DNA of 64,000 nt from Curvularia clavata (Eukaryota): positions 2,294,001-2,358,000 of the forward strand of contig CP089279.1 of the NCBI GenBank assembly GCA_023920165.1, given 5' to 3'. The notes below the pieces were generated by a model. The model made no database searches. It was not told where the DNA came from and worked only from the letters and a program-made list of their open reading frames with translations. Shown one piece after another: positions 1 to 10,573 of this stretch (position 1 is the first letter of the stretch; every line of letters begins with the position of its first letter). The translations under genes were made by a program, and so were the position numbers.

Positions 1-184
1 CATGATGTCAGTCTATAAGGTTTGTGCTACTTCGAGGTGACACCTTGGTATGCTTTGCTGGGACAGAGGGAATGCAGGGAAATGCGGAGGACGCGTCCCA
101 TGGGCTTGGTAATGGTAAGTGGATGTACACGCGGAGGTGGGGGAGATAGACGTGCCGAGGCTCCCCCACGAGCCCACCACTCAT
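1..184 (-). CDS. Possible 5' end of a minus-strand gene running off the window
   Basis: ATG at 184 (MSGGLVGEPR...). A CTGAC branch-like site near position 10 suggests an intron crossing the window edge. Divergent from the phosphatase gene. Product not recognised. Confidence 0.25.
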
Positions 185-531
185 AGTTCGGCTGGATCCC
201 TGTCTCGCACTGGGCTTGGGATGGTAATCTTGTTGGTTGCTCTCATATCGCGCGGTGAGAAGGATATGTCGTAGAGTTGGCTGGAGATGGAAGGAACATG
301 GCTGCTGCTCGCCTCTGGAGAAGACGCAAGGATGTGTCCATACAGGACAAGCGTTAAAGGGCATACCGCACCTACGACCCACCCTTGGGCAGGAGCGAAT
401 CTGTCTCAGGTCCTCTCACCGCCCGCGCTGTCGCCAAACCGCCGGCGATGCAGAAAACAATTGCTCCATGATACCTCTCGTTCCGCTTGCCATTACCATA
501 CCTGGACTGGTCTATTATCACCAGCGCCACA

Positions 532-2506
532 ATGGCACTATCATTGTCCTGGGGCTCTGCAATTGCTATCGTTATAGCCATTCTTTCGACAATCTATAGC
601 GTCTACCATACCTCATTGCTGGCGACGCTCAGTCCCTCGCTCCACGCTTCTATATGCGACTCACGCTTACAGACGACGCATCCTGGCTATCTGGGTTACG
701 GATGTGCTGAGAAGCCTCACCACTCAAGTTGGGACGCTTGGTGGCATCCACAGCGCAGTCGTGGCAATAATGCTAGGGGCAAAGATGCTGCGGGTGTAAT
801 AACAGAAGATTGGAATATATTGTATCATCTTGGTGGCAATGGGCCTTGGGTGGAGAAAGTAATTGATGTTGTAGAAGGAGGTGTTGCAACGCCTGGGGGG
901 TGTGAGGTGGTGCAGGTTCATATGGTATGTTTTCGTCCGTTGCTTCAAATTTTTCCTGAACATTTTACGCTGGACTTGTTTCTCATGTGGAGATTATTCC
1001 AAGATAGCTTTTTGGGGGATTGGCTAATATAGTTTGTGAAGATGGCGCGGCATGCTGAGCGGTATCCTACAAAAAGAGCTGGTAGCAGTGAGTGCGCATG
1101 TATGCTGTAGTGCTAAACATATACTTACCAAACTGCAGCCCAAAGGGCCGTTGTCAAGCGTATGAAAGAAAGTGGCAAAGTATTCACAGGAAACTTGTCG
1201 TTCTTTAATGATTGGGAGCTTTTCTGGTCTTCAGGTACGTCCCTGGTCCATAAGATGCTGCTTAAATCGGGGTTTAATCTTTAGATGCCCCTGTTCTTTT
1301 GGTGTCATGATGGAGCCATATAGTCGAGCTTCTTACTCATCAAATTACAGACGAAGATAGTTTGGAACAGCTAACTACCACTGGTCCATTTGCCGGTACA
1401 CTTGGTTCCTTCACTACGGGGGTTCGTCTGCGCACTCGCTACCATCATCTACTTGATCAGGCCATGTCAACCCATCCAGGCCAACCCACATCCTTCTGGG
1501 CTAGCGACTCCAACCGCGTTATTGAGACAGCCAAGCACTTCGCCGCGGGCTTCTTCGGCCTCGACTATGCCAATACAAACACAGCAAGCCTCTCAGTTAT
1601 CTCGGAACACTCCTCTCTTGGTGCAGACACGCTGACGCCCGGCCGAACTTGTATTGCTAATAAGCAAGATAAAGAGCATGGTCAGCGGAAAGGGTACCGT
1701 CTCATGCACAAGTACCGGGCTGTATATATGCCACCTATCCGCGAACGCCTCTTAGAACAAACCGGCCTGCGTTTCACGGACGAAGAAATCTACGCTATGC
1801 AGGAAATGTGTGGGTTTGAGACCACGGTTCGTGGGCGCAGTGACTGGTGCAATGTCTTTACACAAGACGAGTTTCTCAGCTTTGAGTATGCAAGAGATAT
1901 CTTACACTACTACCGTGCTGGGCCGGGACAAAAGTACGCTAAGAGCATGGGATGGTTATGGGTTAATGCTACAACAAATCTTTTGGTGCAAGGACCAGAT
2001 GAGGCAGGCCCGTTATTCTTTAGCTTGTAAGTTTGGTGTCTTTGTGGTCAGAGCTAAGCGTGTATAGCACACATGCAAGACATCTTAGCTGACTAGGAAC
2101 AAACATCAGTGTTCACGATGGCGATATCGCACCCATGATCTCCGCTCTCGATGTCATAAACGACAGCCAACATCTTCCCGTCACGCACATCCCTCACGAT
2201 CGCAAATGGCGCAAATCCCAAGTGTCGCCTATGGGCGGCCGTATCATATTTGAGCTATTGTCATGCCAAACAAATAGCAAGGACCAGAATTCTCGAGAGA
2301 AGTTTGTCAGACTCAATATTAATGACGGCATCACCGCGTTACCGGACTGCCATAATGGCCCAGGCAAAAGCTGCCCTCTGAAGGAGTTTGCCGAGCGAAC
2401 AAAGAGGAAGGGCAAGGAGCTTCAAGACTTTAAAGCCTTGTGCGGATTGAATGATGATGCGGCTGACAGAATTACTTTTCTGAAACAAAGGAAGGACAGT
2501 GCGTAG
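532..2506 (+). CDS. Histidine acid phosphatase / 3-phytase family, secreted or signal-anchored, 5 exons
   Basis: Hydrophobic N-terminus from ATG 532. Exon from 1042 encodes RHAERYP (RHGxRxP motif). HDGD proton-donor motif follows the intron ending at 2109. CGFET and VRLNINDG motifs. GT-AG introns at about 925-1041, 1088-1138, 1235-1350 and 2027-2109. Confidence 0.92.
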
Positions 2507-2696
2507 AAACAGCGGTATTTTACTAAGTTATATTTCACCACTGCATACGCTAGCCTTGACTCGAGTAAGCAACGGAAATGAAGTGCTCATCTGTAGCAGC
2601 AAACGACAATATTACGTGAGAACGATTAATTCACAGAGGCTACATAATATCAATCCTCTGTTCTCAAGAGCATACACTCGGCACAATATGATAGCG

Positions 2697-3160
2697 ATGG
2701 ATGAGTAGGCATATCGGCTTTATGCCTGAAGGATAATTAAAGTCGAATGTCCAATAGGATTGCGGGTTTAGAATCTGCCTTTAGTAATCGCTCCTGCAAA
2801 AGTGAAGATCTATCAAGTCTATGCGAGCGTGATCCTATGGCGATAGAATTTGCCTCCTGCGCTATCGCGAATGATTACTATTTGTGGGACGAACAAGACC
2901 CCAGTCTTATGGCCTGTTTGGTTTCGCGATACAACACTACTTCTAATTAAAATCAGTCATCACTAAGACCTAAAGTAGTAACACAGCGCTAGACCTGAAT
3001 AGAGTTGAAATGGCTTCTAGATTCATCTAGCTCCATTAAGTCTTGATAGAGCTACCAAGAAAATTGCAATATTAGCAGTATTTTCACCTCACCGCTTACT
3101 TTAATAAATACAGTTAGACTAACACAGAGGGATAACTTCTGACGGAGGTCCTACGGAGTA
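2697..3160 (+). pseudogene. Possible decayed class I terpene cyclase fragment
   Basis: MDE*AYR, then AIANDYYLWDEQ (resembles NDxxSxxxE), then LMACLVSRYN...LRPKVV. Interrupted by stops; sequence is TpA-rich. Confidence 0.3.
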
Positions 3161-4149
3161 CGCTCAATAGAATTTGCCCTTGCTCCAGTTTATCTTTTGC
3201 CAACAGTACTAATTGGAACGATATCGCGCATCTAAACAGGCCCTTGGAAACAGTAGTTAAATGTTTCTTAACCAAGCAAGACCTATAAATAGTGGCAGTG
3301 GCGCAGCTACATATACAATACTCACATATGAATCTATTTGGAATGCTCAAAGTAATGCTGTTCAAAGGCGTTTCTTGGCACTTGCACATTTCTGGGCACC
3401 AGTTCATGGAACCGTGCGACAATCAAGCTGAAACGTGTTTTAAACCCACAACTACCAGTACTTCCTCGCAAAAGATTGGTCCAGCCAGTAGATATAGCAA
3501 GAATCCCGAGATAAGAGTGATGCCGTACTATGCCTATCGGCGAGACTGGAGTTCCTCTTCCAGCAAAGAATGCGAGTACCACCTACTGACGAAATGAACA
3601 TGTGTCCTCGAGGCCTGCAGCCCGCGGACTCAGTTTGGTCGTATGATGGACCAAACAAGCCCACAAAAATGACCTGTGTAACTGCTGATATTGGGTAGAT
3701 CGTCAAAAATCCAGAAGTAGTTATTTTCCATGTAAGATTGACAGCTGCAGGTGACAAAGCGCTTGGACCTGTCATGACCCCTGCCTTCCTTCCAACTACG
3801 CTCATGTCCCCACCTCCAGCGACGCTCGTACTGTAGTCTGACGTCTCTTCTTTAAGAGCTTAAACTATCACGAGTCAAACAAAGCCGGCGCTGGTAAGTA
3901 TTGGGATCGTAGAGGTTGCCATGTTTCGGCCACACTCGCCATCCGCGGAACGCAATCTTCCGCCGGCTACACCTCTTCTGGTTGATCAGTCAACACTCAC
4001 TGGAATGCCTCCGTCAGCAACTGATACTGGTTACAAAAATAGGTACTACAGTTCGAATGAATACTAAACCATCCATATCAAAAGATGAATAAATTGGTCG
4101 CGCGGAACCTGCGCCTGGTTTGCGACACATCACCAAACCTCTTTCCGCA

Positions 4150-4782
4150 ATGACAGCAACACCTGAGCATCTCCAAGCCTTTAGGCCGCTTGCCTGGGCA
4201 ACACCGTACCTTACATCGCCCGAGTGGATAGTCTCCGACCGCGAGAGAGGATCCGAGCCCGGCGAAGATACGGACCGATTCTGTCGTGACACAATGCGCG
4301 CAAACCATGGCGTAGAACACTGGGTCGAACTTTACGAGAAGCCGGCTCCCGGTGCAAATGTCACAAAAGCCATCACTCTAGTGAAATTTGGAACGGGTTT
4401 GAACGGGTTTCCTGGTATATGTCATGGAGGCGCACTGTTCACGCTCATGGACGAAGCAATGTGCTACATTGTCGTTGCGAACACCGTGCTCGAGCATGGG
4501 GCTGCATTCATGAAGGCTGGTGAAGAGCAGTGGCGCCTCCAGATTTTCAACAACAAATCAGCACAAGAAGTGCTCAAGGGTCGTTTGGTAACCGCAGGCA
4601 TGAACGTCAAGGTGCTAGCGCCCGTACTCTGCCCAGGTGTCGTTGGCATTGAAATCGATGTGCTAGAAGACAGGGGGAACAAGATGACGATAAGAGCTAT
4701 CATGAGGGATCGACAGGGCAAGCCGGTGGTTCAAGCCGAAGGGTTGTGGGTCAAAGTGGGAGGTGGTGCAGCAAAATTATGA
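4150..4782 (+). CDS. Hotdog-fold (PaaI/THEM4-like) acyl-CoA thioesterase with a C-terminal PTS1 (-AKL)
   Basis: FGTGLNGFPGICHGGALFTLMDE motif. Intronless. Ends GAAKL*. Confidence 0.88.
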   Translation: MTATPEHLQAFRPLAWATPYLTSPEWIVSDRERGSEPGEDTDRFCRDTMRANHGVEHWVELYEKPAPGANVTKAITLVKFGTGLNGFPGICHGGALFTLMDEAMCYIVVANTVLEHGAAFMKAGEEQWRLQIFNNKSAQEVLKGRLVTAGMNVKVLAPVLCPGVVGIEIDVLEDRGNKMTIRAIMRDRQGKPVVQAEGLWVKVGGGAAKL

Positions 4783-5238
4783 TCGCATACAGCTGCAAGG
4801 CACCAACGGGCCTATCGAAATGGCGCACACACATACTTTTAATGTATAAAGTTCTTGCACGTCGGCGTAGACGACAATTTGTCCTGCCACAATAGTCCAT
4901 CTCCATAACACGTGCGCCAGGATCCCGGTTGATGTCGCATGAACTTCGGCCACGCTAGCCCATACCAGATTGTCGACTATTGGTGCTTACTCTAAAAGCT
5001 ACACTTCCCGAGAATGCCTGTAGCTTCCATGTACAAGGCGCAGTAGGAAAACGCACATGCCATCCAGGTTACCTTCCATTCGTCATGACGCCTAAGCGCG
5101 CCTGACCTATCTTGAAACCCTGCCGGGGAGCCACTACAATGAATATCAATGTGTTTACTTGTATAAGAGCAAGCCTCTATCGCCAGATCTTGTACTTCTC
5201 CGCACGGCAAAACCGACAAGCCCTCACCCTCTTTCAAG

Positions 5239-6673
5239 ATGCACGCCATTCTCACCTCTGCAGTTGCCCTCTCTTCGCTGCTCCCCCTGAGCCTCGCTCA
5301 GACTTCGGGCTCATTCAATACCCTAACATTTAACGTGGCTGGTCTCCCTGCCGCTCTCAATGGCAACGATGTCCCTGGCGACAAGACGACCAACACCGCT
5401 CGGATTGGAGAACTCTTCACCAAGTACAACATCTCGTTGATCCATGTCCAAGAGGATTTCAACTACCACGCTACCCTCTATGCCAGCGACAAACACCCCT
5501 ATCGAACCCCTACCAGTGGCGGTGTTCCTTTTGGTAGCGGCCTGAACTCCTTGAGCAACTTCCCATATGCCTCATTCAACAGGATCAAGTGGAATACTTG
5601 CAGTACCTTCGAGTAAGCTGCCAGTATCTCCAAAACCAAACAGTTCATGCTAACGGTACTTCTTCAACAGTAGCGCAGACTGTCTTACACCCAAGGGCTT
5701 CACTGCCATGCGGGTAAAGCTTGCCGAGGGCGTCTTTATCGATGCTTACAACCTCCATGCCGATGCCGGGTAAGCTTCTTCCTGACATATTTATTCCTTG
5801 GGCAACAGCTGATGAACCCAAAGCACTACAGATGCAGACAACAAAGCCCGCGCGGACAACCTCCGCCAGGTTTCGGACTACATCAAGACTTACTCCATTG
5901 GCAACGCCGTGGTGGTTTTTGGTGATTCAAACTCGCGCTACACGCGTACCGACGATATTCCAGCCGTCTTCAAGGAGCAAAACGGCATGACCGATGTCTG
6001 GATCGAGCTCGTCAAGAATGGTGTCCCACCTGCCAAGGGTGCAGATGCTCTTCTCTGCACAAACCCTGCTACCACCACTACCTGCGAGATTGTCGACAAG
6101 ACCTGGTACCGTGGATCTGCTGCCGTCAAGCTTACGGCCAAGACGTTTGACTATGCTGGCCACTTGTTCCTTCAGGACAACGGTGACATCCTGAGCGACC
6201 ACAATGGTGTACTGGTTGACTTTGCCTGGTCCATTGTCGACCGATTCAGGATTTCGGATACTTTCGGTGGTGAAGGAGGTAACTGGTACAATGACCTTGA
6301 TACCGTCGCAGGTATCAGCGGCGCAAAGGTCGCTTCCATCACCCTCCGTGGCGCCGACCGTGTCGACAACATTGCAGTTCAGCTCGCTTCCGGTCAGACC
6401 CTATCGCACGGTGGAACTGGCGGAACGGCAACTACGTTGACTTTGGGCAGCGGAGAGACACTGACTTCTGCTACGCTATGCCAAGGACAGAGGAGCGGCA
6501 CTAACAGGATCTTTTATGCTGAGTTCAAGACCAGCGCTGGAAAGACTGTGGCTACTGGTGTCAAGACCAGTGACTGCGTTACCAGGACTGCTGCAGCTGG
6601 CCAGAGCATTGTTGGTTTCTTGGGCCGTGCAGCCGATGGAGTGGATCAGCTTGGCTTCATCTTCTCCAAGTAG
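5239..6673 (+). CDS. Secreted endonuclease/exonuclease/phosphatase (EEP) protein with a C-terminal jacalin-like lectin domain
   Basis: Signal peptide. EEP motifs TFNVAG, VQEDF, YNLHADAG, GDSN, DK and SDH. C-terminal FGGEGG...HGGTGG...VGFLGRA..VDQLGF jacalin pattern. Introns 5613-5670 and 5770-5823. Confidence 0.9.
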
Positions 6674-7175
6674 GATGTTGGCCGGTGTATGGCAATGTGC
6701 CATAACGTGTAAATAGAGCTTTTATGAATGAGGAATTTATCTGTAATACCACTCGAGCGTAATTTACAAAGTCCGAGTCCGAGTGACGTTGTCTGCCGGT
6801 TTTAAGACCTGCATAATCGCCGTGCAGCTGCGGGTGGAGTTCCGCCAGCCACAACCGCTTTTAGAACACTGGCTCTTCATAGTAACTCAGCAGCTGCGCG
6901 TGTGTCCGCATAGCTTTGTCCGTAAATTTCACATCTTCCAGAATCGACAGTGACAGACACCATGTGGCTTGTAGTTGTACCCGGAGATAAGACAAGAGTA
7001 TGCATTAGGAAAAAGGTACAACGAGATGGAGAGGATATAAAGACAAGACTATGTCTGGTCGAATATCTCTTTTGTCCGTCATCACAAGCTCTTCAAATCC
7101 CAGCAAAGCAGTTCCAAAGCAAATATTCAACACATTAATTATAAAATCGGCATCGCCTCTTACACAACGTTCAAC

Positions 7176-8186
7176 ATGTCCCGCTATGCCTCTGCCCACG
7201 CAAATCCTCAAGGTGTCGGTGACAGCCGTCCCACAGCACTTCAAATCGTCCAGGACAACGATCTCGTTGGAAGACTCTCAGGAAAAGTTGCCTTCATAAC
7301 AGGCGTATCTTCTGGAATTGGCATCTCTACTGCCCTCGCCCTCAAAGCCACCGGCATGCGCGTCATCGGCCTTGTCCGCGACCTCCCCAAAGCCACCTCA
7401 GCCCTTCAGCACGACCTGGAACCAGGGCATCTCGAGCTCCTGGAACTCGATCTCAACTCCCTCGCCAGCGTCCGCGCCTGCGCCTCTGAAATTCTCTCCA
7501 AAACAACCACGCTCAACCTCTTCATCGCAAACGCAGGCATCATGATGCCTCCCCCTGGCAAAACCGCTGACGGCTTCGAACGGCAACTCGGCACAAATCA
7601 TCTCTCTCACTTCCTCCTCTTCCAGCTCCTCAGCCCCTTACTTCTCGCCTCCGCCACTCCTTCCTACCCCTCGCGCGTGATAACTCTCTCATCCGTCGGT
7701 CACCGCTTCGCAGGCATAAACTGGGACGATCTGAACTTCGAAAAAGAATACGATCCCATGGCCGCATACGCGCAGTCCAAGCTCGCTGCTATCTACACCG
7801 CCAGCGAAATCGAGCGGCGCTATGGCGCTCGCCATCTGCATGCGTGGAGCGTCATGCCTGGTGGTATCTGGACGGGGCTGCAGAGTGATATGCCGGCAGC
7901 GGTTAAGCAGGCGTGGGAAGAGAATAAGGAGTTTCAGAAGTACTGGAAGTCGGCGGATCAGGGGGCTGCAACGACGGTTTGGGCGGCGCTGAGTAGTGAG
8001 GTGGAGGACATGGGAGGAAGGTATTTGGAGGATTGTGCGGTGGCGGGCCCGGCGGCGAAACCTACGGTGGCGCTGGAGGATATGGCGGCCCCGGGGTATG
8101 CGGAGTGGGCGTATGACGAGGAGAAGGAAAGGAAGCTGTGGGAGGTCAGTTGTGAGATGGTTGGGATGAAGGATGTGGCTGTGTGA
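7176..8186 (+). CDS. Short-chain dehydrogenase/reductase (WWOX/retinol dehydrogenase-like)
   Basis: TGVSSGIG, NAGIM, TNHLSHF and YAQSK motifs. Intronless, 336 aa. Confidence 0.93.
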   Translation: MSRYASAHANPQGVGDSRPTALQIVQDNDLVGRLSGKVAFITGVSSGIGISTALALKATGMRVIGLVRDLPKATSALQHDLEPGHLELLELDLNSLASVRACASEILSKTTTLNLFIANAGIMMPPPGKTADGFERQLGTNHLSHFLLFQLLSPLLLASATPSYPSRVITLSSVGHRFAGINWDDLNFEKEYDPMAAYAQSKLAAIYTASEIERRYGARHLHAWSVMPGGIWTGLQSDMPAAVKQAWEENKEFQKYWKSADQGAATTVWAALSSEVEDMGGRYLEDCAVAGPAAKPTVALEDMAAPGYAEWAYDEEKERKLWEVSCEMVGMKDVAV

Positions 8187-8512
8187 GTTGATGGGACTTA
8201 ATATTGACGCAATATTTCTAGACTTAATTTTGTTATCTTAGACACATTAGAAATGTAGAAGTATAGAAACAAAGAGGTTCTATTGTAACTACTGTTGCTA
8301 CACTTTGCTCTAATCCTACATAAAATTCCAAAATACCACCAAAATGCAATTCGTAAAAAAAAAGGGTTCAAGGAGAAAATCAAAATAATAACACAAGACA
8401 TCACAAACTAAGAAGAAAGAACATCCTCCCCTATACCCCAATGACCGCACTACTTCAGACCGAAGACCCAGGATCGGCACTTAACACACCAAGTCCACTA
8501 AGTATTAAGTTC

Positions 8513-9199
8513 CTAGCCGAAGAACCAGTACTGGGCCTCGTATGGGACAGTAAAGACCTGTCCCGGGGTCTGGCCTGCACACGAGGCAGGAGCCTTGCCA
8601 CCAACGGTATTGACACGGTAGATCTCCTTGACCTGGCTTGTGGTACCGGAAGCCTGGGTAGTAAGCCTCAGCCACGGGACATCGCTGGCCGCGTTGGGCG
8701 CATCAGCAGCCTGGGCCTTCTTGACCACTGTGTTACCGAGGGTAGAAACATCGAAGTCAGGCGTCGTGGCATCAAGGAAGAAGTGGGTACCGACGGCTGC
8801 GCTGACCTTAGTGTTGAGGCCACTTGTGGTGATGGATGGATCCGAAGCCAGGGCGCAGGTGGCATCGGAGAGTTGAGCCAAGGCGCCGACGGAGGCTGGA
8901 GCACTGCTGGTATCGCTACAGGTGTAATTCTGGGTTCCCTGGCCGAGAGCGACCATGAGGAGCTTCCCGGTTGGTGCCGCGAGGGCAGATGAGGGTAGCT
9001 GAAGCTTGGATGTGTCGCATGCTGCTGCTGCTGGATCTCTGGGGAACGGAGCGTTGGAGGGATTAAAAGGGTTAGGGAACCCAGCTGGGAATCCATCTTG
9101 ACGCCCCTGGACGGCTCCAGCAGGCGATGGGAGGCGCATAGGCAATGCTACCGCGAGAGGCGCGAGCGCAAAGGCCGTGAGAAAGAATGAAGTGAGCAT
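8513..9199 (-). CDS. Secreted DUF3455-family protein (often mis-annotated as malate dehydrogenase)
   Basis: Signal peptide MLTSFFLTAFALAPLAVA from ATG 9199. VALGQGTQNYTC, GTHFF, DVPWLRL, YRVNTVGGKAP and VPYEAQYWF motifs. Confidence 0.88.
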   Translation of the reverse strand: MLTSFFLTAFALAPLAVALPMRLPSPAGAVQGRQDGFPAGFPNPFNPSNAPFPRDPAAAACDTSKLQLPSSALAAPTGKLLMVALGQGTQNYTCSDTSSAPASVGALAQLSDATCALASDPSITTSGLNTKVSAAVGTHFFLDATTPDFDVSTLGNTVVKKAQAADAPNAASDVPWLRLTTQASGTTSQVKEIYRVNTVGGKAPASCAGQTPGQVFTVPYEAQYWFFG

Positions 9200-10573
9200 T
9201 TTGGCTAGTCGATATTGATAGGATTCGTTGGTAGAAGGATTTGGTTTGATGATTATACGACTCAATTGAGTGTTGTCTATTTATGACAAGAGATGCGTTG
9301 TGGGAACGAAGGAAGAGCTACCGGAGCTCGAAGAAACGAATGAATATTGAGGAAAGAGTGTTAATGGGAACTGATGAGTGATTGAGCTCGTTGTGTACTG
9401 ATCTACAAGCAACGAAGATGTCGAGCATTATATATCCTGTTCGTTAATGTCAAACGGTCCTACTGTGGCGTATTCACAGGGCCGAGGCCGCGCCCTTTAG
9501 GAGTAGCAGACGTCGGGACGTTTGACATGCTACCCAAAGTTGCTGATAGGGTTTCGAAAATACTGGATTAAGTTGGACCCTGGAAAGACGGGTGCAGTGT
9601 CCCGTGCGAAATCCTTCAATGGGTGTAACTGATGCAGGGGGGGTTGGGAACGGTTAAAACAAAAACCCAGCCTTACAAACTGGGAGGATCCGCATTGCAC
9701 ACAGACAACGCGTGGGTCTCCCGGTGATGTTTAACCGTTAAAACATTGAGGGGAAGTGGAGACAAAAGTGTGGAATTGACATGCTGCGAACTGAACAAGA
9801 CTCATGTTCAAGTGACTCTGAGTGTATTTTATGGTTTGTATGACACTCCCAAATGCAGTGTCATGCTGCTTACCAGAATATGCAGACATAACTCTGCCGC
9901 AAAGGGAGCTGACAACGGCCCAGTGCGACTAGGGTCCCCGACTTGGGAGTACCGGGCTGCATGTGCTGATGACGGTGCTGAAACGATGCCTGGGTGCCTG
10001 CAGACCAAGCCGCGAATCTCAAACGCGAGGGCCACACGCCGGGCCGATGGCAAGGGTAAACATCTGATTTGTGTAGGCACACGCTGTAGTCGAGGGGGAT
10101 CTGAATGCTGTCCCTACTCTGTTGGAGTCCACCCACCGTACCCCAACCGGGCATCTTCAGCGATGGTTCCAAACATCAAGTGTCAGAGGTAGTTGAAATG
10201 GGAGGGGCCGTCTTGCATTCTTCTAAAGCCGATGACATGTCCTCTGGTGTGCGAGTCTGGACGAGACGTCTGCACATGTATCGCGTCCCCGTTGATGAGC
10301 AGCGCACAATTGATCATCGCATTCCCACTGGTACCGTAGTATGTACGCCCAGACGTCAGGAATCCGGGCGGAGATGCGGACCAGTCGGATGGGTGGAGTA
10401 ACGAGCCTGATCCGGGTCGTATAGAGCGCGGCGGCGCAGCTCCGCCCCAAGCCATACGCGTACCTGCAACGCATCGATCGCCTTACCGGTGGAGGTCTTG
10501 ACATCTTTACATGTAAAGGTGTGCGCCCGTCTGCCGTGTTCTCCAAACACTGGCGAGTGTTTCAATTATTGCC

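Noticed and set aside
9746..10546. Several 80-150 aa ORFs upstream of the ankyrin gene
   Set aside because: GC-rich promoter/UTR sequence with no codon bias or motifs.
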